Part shown: positions 22,342 to 34,458 of the stretch, piece after piece
Numbering within the stretch: the stretch's first letter is position 1
How the letters are laid out: each line of letters opens with the position of its first letter
DNA from: Cyanophora paradoxa CCMP329
Lineage: Eukaryota; Plantae; Glaucophyta
Direction: 5' to 3'
NCBI GenBank assembly: GCA_004431415.1
Contig: QPMI01000418.1
Coordinates: forward strand, 57,708-121,707
Length of the DNA stretch: 64,000 nt
Notes under the pieces: model-generated
Seen by the model: the letters and a program-made list of their open reading frames with translations, nothing else
What the model was told of the DNA's origin: nothing
Database searches by the model: none
Position numbers and translations under genes: made by a program

Positions 22342-25300
22342 AGGAACAGTCCGCCTCGCCTAACTTGGCGCCCCTAACCACGCACCAGCCCCATCCTGCG
22401 AAGCCCCCGCCCTCAATTAATCGCGGATTCACCAACTCGCGGGCACTAGCTAAACATCGGACCTACTCCCACCAGCGCTCTGAAGTTGCGCACGAAAGCA
22501 CGTCTACCCCCGCCTGCCCGTACCCCCCCCTCGGCCCCGCCGAACCCGCGATGGCGACGCCGTCGAACCCCATTCCTTCTCTCGGACAGCTCCCTCCGCA
22601 AGCGATGGCGCTCCGAGCACGGATGCTTCCCGAACTTGGTCTGCACGCCGCCGCAACCGGTTCATGCAAACCCGCACCTCACTATCTCTCCCACTCTATC
22701 GCAGCGCGCATCACGGACCATCTGTATCCTCTCCTTCCCAGTCGCCCCTGGAGCCCGACTACAAACACGCTCTCGGTCCCCCACTGGTCATCCTTCGAGG
22801 AATGGACGGCCTGTTACTTCACCATTTTCCATTCCTTCCACGCCAGCCCGGGCCCGATCAGCGCGGCAACGTGGGACTCCATCGCCGACTGCGCCCGCTG
22901 TCGGTCGCTCCAAGCTCCCGCGACGAGCGTCACTTTACAGCTTCTCAACCCGGACATCTGCATAGTCTCTGCACGCCCGTATCAAGCGACCCGCGCGCTC
23001 CGTGCCGGGGCCGAGGCGACGACACAACGACTCCTCGAACTCGCATGTGGCAGCGGAGTGGACTCCTTCGACAACCTTGACATTGACTTCGTACGCCCCC
23101 ACAGCCACCATGGCCCGTGTTTCGGCCGCCGCCGCTCCCCCCGCGAGGCTGCGGAGACTAGCTCCTTCGTCCTCGAAGTACGCACTGCTCAGGCCTTCTT
23201 CCGCGTTGCTCTCCTACGCCCGCCTTTGCTCATGTGCTCTGTCCTCCGGCAGAACGCCACGGCACTCACCGACGAACTGGAGGCGGGCGCCCGCCTGACA
23301 CGCTGGGCCCGGGCGGCGAGCTCTCACCTCTTCAGCGACGACCTCTTCTGGGGCGACTTCGCCGACCCCGCCGATGTTCCTGAACCCGACATCGCCCTCC
23401 CTCTCTCCCCCCTTTCGGCCCTTCTCTCCAGCCCCGCTCACCCCTACGCCATAATCCGCCTTTATACCGTTGGAGAACCCGCCCCCATCGACGCGCTTGC
23501 CGGCTTGCTCCGGATTTTAGCCGACCGTCGTGCCCCCCTCGACCAGCCGCCCAGCCCTGGCTACCACACTCTACTAGAAGAAGCTAGGACGGCGGCCTTC
23601 CTAGAACTCCGCCAATGGTCTGGCCGATACCTCCCTGAACTGGGAGTTTCCGAAATCGCGGCCCTTGTCCCTCTTGAGACCGCCCGCTCCCTCTTCCATG
23701 CCTCTCTTCCTCTCTCATACCAGGCTACCAAGGCGGCGATCCTCGCGAGCTCCGCGGGTCAGCCGGCCCTCCTCCTCCACCACCCCCTCTCGACCCACAT
23801 CGAACGCCACGATCTTATCTTCCTGGTCCTCCGCCTCTCTGACCTAGACCTCCCCGCCCCCGACCCCGAAACTCTCCGCCGCACTCTTCAAGCCCTCCTC
23901 GTCGGCCCCCCGGGCACCCTCGCTGCTCTCCGTCCCCTCGGCCTCCTCTGTACCTCGTCCCTGGCCATCCTCGCCGTCCCATCCATTCTCTACGACCAGC
24001 TCCCTCCTCCCGCGCCCTACGCAGACCACCCCCCGACCCCGATCACCGCTCTCCTCCGCCCCATCCCCCGCGCCGCCCCTTACTATCAGACTCCCAGCCC
24101 GTCTCTCGCCGCCTGGGAACTCTTCCGCAGCGACCGCCCCACCTATACCCCTCTCTCTCCCGCGGCTATCCAGCAGACAACGTGCCAACGCTGCGTCTCG
24201 ACACCTGCCTTCCTCGCCAGCGCGGCCTGGCTCCACTCCACCCGGCAGTGCCCGGTACGCCCCTCAGACCCCTCCCCCTCCTCCCGTGCTTACCCCGCCC
24301 CCAGCTACACCCCTGAAGACCCCCTTCCCCCCCCTTCCTCCCCTCCCCCGCCCCGGAGTTACCCCCCCGAGCGTGTCCCCCTCTCACGCTCCTCCCTACC
24401 CGTTATGCGCTGGGAACTGTACATAATGGTCCATACCCTTTTCGTCTCCCCCGTGACCAATCGCACCCGCACCACCACCCCCCGGCCGTCGTTGCATCCT
24501 CCTCGCCCCCCTGCCCCCCCAGCGCCCCCTAGCGCCCAAACTTCCACGCACATCGAGCCCCACCAGACCAGCAGCATCGCAATGCAAAACTCCAAATTGC
24601 GTGGTTACAGCCGGCCGCGCCCCATCTCCTCCTGGCACAACGGGGACCGGACCCCTACTTTAGTGAGAGTCCAGCAGCTCCACCAATACTCGAGCCGCGG
24701 CCCGCAGAGCCGCCCCTCGGGTGGGGAAGACCATCTGAGCAACGGAAGCGCTAGTGTTGTGGCGCCCCACGGCACACAGCCGCCAAGGACACCGCTCAGA
24801 TCCACTCCCGCGCAGAACGGGCACTATCCCCTCGAAGCCTGCCACCTCCACAGCCTCTACGGTCACCTCGGTCGCCACCCGCAACAACGCCTGCACATCG
24901 CCCAGGTCCAACAACAACCTGCCGCGCGTAGCCGCGAAGCAGCGCAGCTCCACCTCCACGAAATCACTGCTCAATTGCACGATGTAGTCGCTCTGCAGAT
25001 ACTCCTTAGCCCGATGCGCCACGTCGCCCACAACGGACATGTACTCGAGGCGACGCAGCACTTCAGCGTCCGGCTGCAGCCCGCCCTGCGCACGCGAACT
25101 CAGCCACGAACGCCGCTCTCACAGATTACCTGCACGCACATGCCGGCACCTCCCAGGAAACGCTCTCCAGAGTACCGCCCCGATGTCACGCCTCACGATC
25201 ACAGGCCCAGCAAAGCGCACTTCCTCGTCCGACTCGCTCCCACTACCACGCTCCTCCACAACCCCGGCAGCTGGGACGGCTCTAGCACCGGGGACTGCCA

Positions 25301-26161
25301 TTCCTGGGGGAACCGGTACCCCTGCTCCCCTTACCCCCCCTGCTCCCTCAGCAGACTCAGCGAATCCGCATCCACACACCCAGCCCCGTGCAACCAGATG
25401 GGGGACTTTATCGATATCTACCACGAGCTCCAGCTCATTCTCCCGTCGGAGCATGCCGCCATGACCCGCCTACAAAAGCACGCGACAGACCTGGCGAAGG
25501 ACCCGGAGGCTGCTAGACATCTCACCAGCCTTTCCGTACAACAGCCACGCCACCGCTCGTCCGCCACCACCACTCGCTTTCTTGGCCCGGTCGACAGCGC
25601 CCCCCGTCACGCGTGGCACGCTGGGCTCCGCCACTTCGGTCTCCAGGAATTTGCACCTGCTCACGCCAACTACATAGCCGCAGCCATGGCAGCCGTGATA
25701 GAAACAGCGGAACGCCCGCTCACTACACTAGCCCCGTCTCCTGAGCCAGAACTGCAGCTCAACAGCCTGATCCTGTCGGCCCTCAGCGATCTCTTGGATC
25801 TCGCAGCGCTCACGGGTGACGTCTTCGCCTTCGATGTCCCCTGGAAGCACCTCACAGCTCGTCCTCTCGCATCACAGGACGCGATCCAAACCTTCAAGAA
25901 CGCGGCGTTCCGCCAAGGCTACATCAAGGTCGCAATCACCAAAGCCTTCATCGACCATGAGACCACCCTCCACGCGCTTCACCCGACCGGCACGATCACG
26001 TCCAGCACGTACATCCATGCGGATCACCCGGGCACCACCCGCACCGGCCGGTCGGAACGCGCCTCAATCACATTGGCCCTCGCATTCCTCGATGCGGCAC
26101 TATCCCGTGCCCACCATCTTGAGAAATTCCTCCGCCGCGCCTTTTCCCTCCTTAACTGCCG
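22342..26161 (+). CDS. A0 polyprotein segment 3: second copy of the CCHC-knuckle module plus further unknown region
   Basis: ORF 22365..26210 is in frame with segment 2 after removal of A1+TSD (DAVDLL-KEQSASPNLA); CQRCVSTPAFLASAAWLHSTRQC at ~24183-24251. Confidence 0.7.
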
Positions 26162-26228
26162 GATACCCCCCGTGGGAAAAAAACAGGAAGGCGCCTGCCA
26201 ACCCGCCTAGCTCGCAGCGTAGCGCTGC

Positions 26229-29200
26229 GTGCGCGATCACCAGTGCGAGAGTAGAGGCCGCGACAGCCTAGGTAGCGTCCGCCGCGATGTCTGCGTAGGT
26301 ATGCCGGCCACTCTCTCCAAACCGCCCCGCCAACGCGGCAACATCGCCCGGGAGTCCCTGGGTGATGTAACTGCAAGCAGTTACCGCGTCTCACGCACAC
26401 CCTGGACCGCCCTCTTGAATCAATCTCCTTGCCGAGCTACGTCTGGCCTCCCTGGCCACGCCTCGCCATACACCCGCTGCCGACCCGCTCTCTACCGACC
26501 CGCTCTCAGACCCGCCTCCTCCTCCTCCCCCAAGCGCCAAGTCGCTGAGGCTGGGCAAGCCGCATCGCCCATTTCCCGCCCAGACGCGCATTTAGCGCCC
26601 CTTTCCTGCGAGGCCGCTACTGTACGTGTCAGCTGTAATTTGACGGCTTCCCGACCGCAGACTTTTGAGACTTGGACGATGCGGCGCACAGGCGACGGGT
26701 CCGGGGCGGCTAGGCACACGCACGCCTGGAACCACGTGCACGCGCATCTCTGGGCAGCCAGATGTGACCAACTAGCTGATCAGTCGGACCGCTGCGCGCG
26801 TCCCGCCGAGCACAGACATCCTCCAACCCTAGACGCTGTCCGACCCCCTAACGTGTCTGCCGCTGTAGACGTCAACACTAACGCTCCGGGGCATATCTCG
26901 TTTGGCGACCTTTTCCCAACCACCCATTACGCCTCAGGGAGCCCCCTCATAGGCCCGCCCCCATCGCTCATGCGCCACAAGCCGGAGGGGAATCTCAGGA
27001 TGATGACCTTTAACGTGCGGGGCACGTCCAAGGGCCGGCTTCAGCAGGCCGAAGACTTCGCCGTGAAATGGGGGGTCGACGTGATGGCTCTCCAAGAGCT
27101 CTCAGTCACGCGCGCCGAACTGCACTCGGCGCTCTTCACCCCGGCAGCGGAGCCCGGCGAGCCCCCCAAGAGCTCGATCACGCGGGGTCGCCTAATCCAC
27201 TCAATTAAGAAAACAAAACCGAAAGGAAACGGAGCGGCGCTATGGGTGGCGGCGCCCTGGGCGCGGCACATCGCGCGCCACTATCACTACCCGGGCCGGC
27301 TTGCCGGCTGTGAAATGCGCTTTAAGGGAAACCGCCAGCTCTTCGTAGTGAGCGTATACATGCCGGCCACCCAGCGGAAGCCTGAGCACAAGACCGATCA
27401 GGCGGCGCTCCTCGAATGCATCGAGCGCATCTACGCGGACTTCCGATCGCGCTCGACCGCGCACCTCATCCTTCTCGGCGACTGGAACTCCGTGAAGACG
27501 CCGGCCACGTCCCGCATCCGCGCGGGACGGTTCGTCCAGTCCTGGACGCCGGAACGCGAGTGGTGGGGAAAACTGACCGGCACCTGGGCACTAGTTGACG
27601 CGGCGACACAGAAAGGCCACGAACACGAAGTTACCTTCATCAGGCGCGGCCCGAGCCAGCACGGCGCCGAAGAGGATGGCGGGGACGACGGCGCCGACGA
27701 CTCGGACTCGGAACAGGACCAGCAAATGGACGGGCCCGCCGTCGCCGAAGGCGCCGCGGTCATCTCGGCAGGACGTATCGATGCGGTGTTGCACTCTGCA
27801 GGTCTCGCGCCAGCGCTCCTGGCGGTGCACCCGCTGCCGCCAGAGGTGGCGCTACCGCACCCCTCTGACCACTTCCCGGTCATGGCCGACTACGATCTGC
27901 TCAAAGCCGAACTCGCCAGACCGCCGCGGGCGATGCCCGCCCGGCGCACCCGCCGCCGCTCTTCGCACCGCACCTACTTGAGAAGGAGAAGCTGCCGGCC
28001 TTCCGAAAGGCTGTAGAAGACCGTCTGCAAGCCCTGGAAAGCGATCTTGAGAAAGCGCTAGGCGCGGCGGGCACGGAACAAGAGCGCAGGACCGGGTCAG
28101 CTCTCTCTACCGACAGGCCACGGAGGCGGTGCTGACACTCGCTAAGGAACACAAATGCTTGAAAGCCGCGGATCGCGCCCGCCCACTCGCAGAGCGGTGC
28201 CGTGGCAGCTGGTCATGTCCAAGAAAGTGGAGCGCCTGATCGCTGGATGGACTGTTGAAGCGCCCGGAGGCTTGCCGTCGGCCCCGCTGGTCGCCCGGAT
28301 CGAGAAACTGGAGGCTCTCATCAAAGGGCTCGTCCCCGGACCCGAACCATGCCCCGCCGCCCCGTACGCGACGCTGACGACGAGGCGCCGTTCCCGGGGC
28401 GCTACGTAGCGTGGCGGCTGTACTTCCGGTCGCTGAACGCATGGCGCAACCGCGTCCGCCGGCGCCACCAACACGAGACGCGCGCAGAGAAGCAGCGACA
28501 GATCCAGGAATTCGTTACTGCGCGCCAGGCCCGGTTTGCAGACCCGCGCAAGCTGCGCAGCTATCTAGACTCCATTCTGGAGCGGTCCAGGGGGGAGCCG
28601 ATCATGCACGTCACCCGCCTCGCGCGCGAAGGCAACTTCTATGAAATTTACACGGCCCCCGAGGAGGTGAAGGCAGTGATGGCGGAGCACTGGCGTCAGT
28701 GGTGTGCGAAGAGAAACCCCCTGGTAGGGTGCACAGCGGACTTAATACCCGACTCCCAGCTAGCCTTCCTGCCCCCCGACTTCTGGCGCGCGCTCTACCG
28801 CCCCCTCGGGACGCACGTGGCGACCGCGGAAGCCTTCGCGGGAGTCATGGCTGAGCCTACGTACGAAGAGCTAGGGGCACACGTGCGCTCGCTCACGGAT
28901 GGAGCGGGAGGGCCCTCCAACTGCACGAACGCGATCCTGAAGACGCTCTGGAACCCCGACCTGCCGGACGCCATGGATCCAGAGGCGTACCCCCCCCGCG
29001 GTCGTCGGCTCCTGATGGCCATCGTCTGCGAGGCCCTCCGCCTGCGCGACCTGCCCGCCGAGATGTGTGAGAGCAATATCTTCGGGATCCCCAAGAACGG
29101 GAGCTGGGACGGAGACATTGAAGGGAACCTCCGCCCGATCACGCTGCAGGAAGTTGGCCTCAAGCTAACGACGGGCCTCGTCACGAAACGGCTAGCCGAG

Positions 29201-32200
29201 GCCATCGAGAAGCACGGAATCCTTAAGGGGGTAAATTATGGCTTCAGGAAGGCTAAGGCGACCGATGATGCCCTTCACCTAATGGTCGCTATTCTAGAGG
29301 ACGCTAAGGAGCACCGCAAGCCCATCTACCTCTTGCTACAGGATATCAGACGGGCGTACGATTCAGTTTCCTGGGCCAGCATGGAGCTCTCCCTCCGACG
29401 CATCGGGGCCCCCGAGACGTACATCGACCTGCACCGCAACATATTCGAACGACGCCGGGCGCGAGCTATCACGGGCCACGGACTGTCAGACGTGTTTGAA
29501 CTCGAATGTGGGCTCCCGCAGGGCGGCATCGAATCCCCGCTCCACTGGCTCATCTTCTACGATGCCTTGCTCTGCGCTCAACAAGAATTGGACAGGCTCG
29601 AGCAGGAAAAGGGGGGCGCGGGGGTCGCGTACGTCATGGGCATGGGCGAAGACGACGCGGACTTCGCCCCCGCACGGGTGACCGGGAGCGCCTACGCGAA
29701 CGACACGCAGTGGATGAGCGGATCGGCCGAAGGGATCCAGATGCTCGCGGACGTGGCGTCTGAATTCTTCCGCCTGCACGACATCGCCGTCAACGCGCGG
29801 AAAACAGAGTTTGCGTACAACAACGTCTCACCCGAGCCTGAACCCCGCTGCTCGGCAATCCCCGCGTCCCGGTCGGCAAGAAGCTGAAACCGGGCGAGCA
29901 TTTCAAGCTGCTCGGCGTCTACCTGACCGCGAACCTGTCGTGGAAGGAGCAGATCAGACAGATGGAAACGCAGGCTCGCGAGACGGTGGCGGTCATAGCT
30001 CGTAAGCAGCTGACCGCGCAAGAGGCCTGCTACGTTGTCGAGGCCGTCGTGCAGGCGCGGATCGCCTACGGGCTCAAAGTGACGCCGCTCACAGAGAGGC
30101 AGTGCGATCGCCTAGATGCCATCTGGATGCGCGTGGTTAAGCACCATGGGGCCTGGCGGCATCGACTTCCAACTACGCGCTCTGGAGCCACGGCACGTAC
30201 AGCCTGCCGCGCACAGCGCACATGATGGCCAAGAACCAAATCACGGATCTGCTCGTCCGCCTCTGTGGCGAGCCGGAAGAGCTGCTATCTCAGGTGATGA
30301 TGCACCGCATCCGGGACCTCCAGCGCAAGCTAGGCGTCCCGCTGCTGCCGACCGAGTTCCTGAACGCCCAGTGTCACGCCAGCTTGCTCGATCGAATGCG
30401 ATCGCCGCAGTGATGCCGCTCCTGCAGCGCCGGCTCTACCGGATCCAGTCCAACCACGCCCGCTTCTTGTTCACGCCGTACCCCCCCGCAGCCACTTGGC
30501 CCGACCCCGCGGAACTGCGCCGGGAATTCGTGCTTACCTCACACATTCCCCGGGAAGTGTTCAGCACGGCTGCGCCCGCCCTCCACCGCGCACGGCTCTA
30601 CTGGATGTCCGACGTCACGGCGCGCGATGGGGAACGCCTCTGCACCTGGCGAGACCTGCACCTCCGCGCCCCCCGCGGCACGCTCCCTTGGGCAGCGCCC
30701 GCCTGGTGGAAGGCGGTGGCCAAGGCCCTCACGATCGACGGGCGCGGTTCGGGCGCCCTCCGATACCCCATGCGGCAACCGCCCGGTACCCCTTCCTCGG
30801 CCATGGTACAGCTTCCGGGCGGGGCAAGGAAGTTAATTCACCAACCGGGAGACTTCGTCTGCTACTACGACCTCGCAACGATTCACGAGACGGATGCCGG
30901 TACCGGAAATCGGCCGGGTCCGCTCCGCTGAGGCCGAGGCCGCAGCCTAGTAGCGACGGAGTGCCGGCTGGAGCACTGGGTCCCCGTCCCAGAAGAGGCC
31001 GACGACGAGGCCAACGGAGCCTACTGCCGCTGCGATGGCCACTGTCAGCTCGGACCCCGCGAAGGGCCGCCCGCCCCAGCTGCGCGCCGCTTTAATATCG
31101 TACCGGGAGAGGGCCGCCGCCACTGGCACGACAACCACGTCTGCCCTCAAGGCGCCGGCGCGGCCTGCCGGGCGACGAGCACCTGCGATGACGAGGGCAA
31201 GTACGGGACGGCGGTGGGAGGATGGGTAGAGCACGCGTCCGCACTCTGCACGATCCCCGGCACGGTGGAGCTAGTAGAAGTGTCGGGCGCCCCCGTGGAA
31301 GAATGCGAGGGGCAGGTACAGACGCGCTCGGGGCGCGCCAGTCGCCAGGTCCTGCGCCAAGCCCGTCTTGAATACTTCAAGCCCTTCAGGCAGGCGGCCG
31401 CGACCATCACTGCGCACCGATGGCGGATGCTGCTGCAGGCAAAGCAGGAGGGCGATGAGAGGGTCAACTGGCACCTCCTCTCCGAGCCCGACGCCGCTCA
31501 CCTCGCCACGCTCGAGGCGAACCCGCCCGACTTGCCCCCCTGCCGCAAGATGAAGCGCCCCCGGTCAGCTCCAACAAGGAGGCGCGCGAGCTATATTACT
31601 ATCAGGCCGATCCGTACAGTTGGGTTGCATACCTGGAGACCTGGAAGGGCCTCGAAGCCCGCTACCGCAAAGAGCACCTGGAGGCCGAGGCGGCGTCCGG
31701 CGGCTCATACGTGGCCGACGCCCCAGCGTACGCCTGGACGGACGGGAGCCTGAAAGAGGGCCAGACGGTTAACGCTCGCGCGGGCTACGCAGTACACTGG
31801 CCGGAAACGGACCTCAGAACTGGCGCAAGCCTGCACCCGCCGGGTATCCTCACGGACTTCTTTGCCCGGCTCCGGGGCCTGCAGGAGATCAACAAGGCGG
31901 AACTCCAGGCGGTGCTCATGGCTGACCTGCTCTCGCCTTTCGGAGCGGTTCTACACGTCGACAACATGAACGCGATCCGCTGGTATTCCGATTTCGTCCA
32001 GCACGCGAGCTGCCGCAGCCGCGGGAATACATCCGGCACGCCTGCTCCGCGGAACTGTACGCATGGAGCAAGCTCAGGACAATGCTAGAGGAGCGCGGGC
32101 GGCCGCTCAAACTCGTCAAAGTCAAAGCGCACGCGAAGGGCGACGCCCGCGACCCCACAACGACATCGCGGACGCCGGAGCGAACGTGGCGGCCGACCTG

Positions 32201-33426
32201 GATCTGGCGGACGAAAACCGGCATGAACCTCTCTTTCTGCCGCCGGCCTTCAGCATGCCTGCGGTGCTCACCATCAGCGACCCGACGGGCGCACACGACG
32301 GGTGGAAGGGGACCCCAAGGCACACATGGACGCACTTCACGAGCACCAGACGCACTTTGCCTGGACCCAACAACCGCTGGCTGGCGCGCTCCTGCGCCGA
32401 GCGCCGACGGCGCAGACATAGCAGGGCTATATGCGGAAACGAGCGTAGGCTCCCGATTCCAAGGCGCCAATGGAGCCCGCAACGCGCTATTCAAGTTTCG
32501 GACGCAGCTGCTCTGTAGCTCGCTACCAGCGAACGAAGTCCGGGTACGTGACCAGAAGGAACTCTACGCCGCCTGCAACCCTGGGGACGCTGTGCGGGCT
32601 GCGCCACCAGAACGCCTTTCCCTCGTGCAGAGACTAGCGGCCCGACAGCCTCACAGAACAGCCAGACTGCACCAGAGGCCTCGCATGCCCAACCAGCAGC
32701 GGCCCCAGCCGCCCGAACCGGGCACCGACGGCTCTTACCGCAGGCCCGACTGAAACTTTCCCGCACGTCTTCCTGTGCCCGGGTCCGCATGCGGTCGCGC
32801 ACCGCGCGGAGACTGCTCGCGAACTGAACCGACTTCTGCTCTGCGCATACAGAGAGGCCCACGGACTCACAGCGCCGCCAGCAGGAGCCCTCCTTGCCCC
32901 CGACCTGGTCCCAATCTTCCTCCGCGTCGCGGACGACGACGCCGAGGCGCGCAGCTACGATGGTAGGCCGTACGCGTACCCGCGCCTCTGGGTGCTCCAG
33001 GGCCTTGCTCCGCAGAGTCTAGAAAGCGCCCTCGCACGCTGCCTGAACCTTGCACCCCGGTACGCGGCACGCGCAGCTAAACGCGTTCGGCAGACGCTTC
33101 TGGAGCGGGCCCGACGCCTCTGGTCACGTCGCTGCGAAATCAACGCGGAGTGGGAACGCGACTGCCGCGTCTCCCAGGCCTCAAAGAAGCGACCGCGCCC
33201 GCCCCGCACGGGCGCCCGCGCCCGAGAGCGGGCCCGCGGCCCCCGGACCTGTAAGGAAGTCTGCGCCGCCTGCGACGGGCCGATTCGCCTTCACAATCTA
33301 CTCAACGCCGCTCGGAACGCAGACTGCCCACCGGAGTACGCGGGCTGGAAGGCGGCGCTCCGCGCCCAAGAGCTCTACGATTGCGTCAAGGTACGCCCTT
33401 GGGAGCCACATCCTAGCCCGCTCTAA
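26229..33426 (+). pseudogene. Family B polyprotein (frameshifted): APE ~26990-27895, RT ~29060-29950, RNase H ~31725-32190, CCHC ~32590-32780
   Basis: APE motifs MMTFNVRG, ALQEL, SVYMP, LLGDWN, GRID, SDHFPV. RT motifs LRPITLQE, QDIRRAYDSV, GLPQGG, YAND(D>N), FKLLG. RNase H motifs AWTDGS, NKAELQA, HVDN, KVKAH..HNDIAD. Also ETFPHVFLCP and LWSRRC..WE. Confidence 0.88.
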
Positions 33427-33449
33427 ACGGTACCCCGAGTCGCGCGAAA

Positions 33450-33471
33450 GGGGGGGGGGGGGGGGGGGGGG
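33450..33471 (+). repeat. G22 homopolymer at the start of the family B 3' UTR
   Basis: Direct reading, ~23 nt after the stop at 33426. Confidence 0.9.
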
Positions 33472-34458
33472 CTACGTCGGGAGGAGACTCTCGACACCAC
33501 CTACCTACTACTTCACCATACCTAGTCCTCGAGAAACTTCCCTGCTCTACTCTTAGCCTCGCACACACTAGATATAGCCGCCCCGTCCGACTCGCTGGGC
33601 CCCGCCCAAGCGAGCGCCTGCCTTGCCTCCCTCTCCCGTTCTGCCCTCCTGCTCGCTCTCTTGGCCCTGCTCCCACTCACGACCTCGCCAACGCTCCTCG
33701 CGCCTCGACAGGGAGGGAACGATGGACCGGAAGGCTTGGCGGAAGGCTTCGGCTGGTCGTTGCACCCACCAGATACCCCGGCCATCGTGCCAGGACCGTG
33801 GGTTGAAGGACCGCCGCGGAGGGGGCTCGCAATTGCCCGCGGCGGGGGTGCGGCGGCTGGTTCGAGGCTGGAAGCCCTGCTGACCGAGAAATCCGACCCT
33901 CCCCCTCCCCGCCACGGCCGGCGCCGACCTTCTCCGTCCCGCCCCACTTCTTCCCCGCAACGTCCCCCCTCGCCTCATTCCCCTCGGCCCCTCTACGCCA
34001 ACGTGCTTCCACCCGCGCTTCGGGCGAGCGGCCCCCTCGACGCGGAGCCCGCCGCGCTAACTGTAGTCGCGGCCGCGTCGAGAGTAGGCAGATTAGACGC
34101 GGGTCCGTCCTGGCTTTCCTACCGTACAGTAGAACAGCCCGCGAGCTCCGGACGTCCCGACGGTCCCTAGGCAGGCAGCACTAGCAGGCAGCACTCGTAG
34201 ACCCCTGGGTAGTCCTCTCTGTAGCCTAGTCCTAAGCTAGGCTAGATGTATAGGTAGTAGCTCTCTGCTCTGGGTTAGCTTTGCTTTAGTTTACGTCTCC
34301 TTGACTAGCTCCACCCTGTCCGATGGCTGTTAGGTTCCCTACCCGGCGTAACCAGTAGGCTCATCTTTCGACTTGACACTTTACGGACACCTCAGTTCTA
34401 TCATTAGCCGTATTGTCTCGGTGTGTGCGAATTCATTGAATAACCTCCTTAACTGCCG

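Larger units (their letters stand above)
26162..34443 (+). mobile_element. Non-LTR retrotransposon family B (8.3 kb; APE-RT-RNase H-CCHC), degenerate, nested in A0
   Basis: 15-bp TSD CCTCCTTAACTGCCG at 26147-26161 and 34444-34458; base composition differs from A0; full ORF2-type domain set; ends ...CATTGAATAA without a long poly(A). Confidence 0.85.

Noticed and set aside
10623-26210. Treating the upstream ORFs as ORF1 of family B
   Set aside because: The 15-bp TSD bounds B at 26162, and the upstream ORF joins the family A ORF in frame
34373-34458. TTG start of the 3663-aa ORF as a real start
   Set aside because: It lies in the family B 3' end and TSD; the ORF continues from 26161
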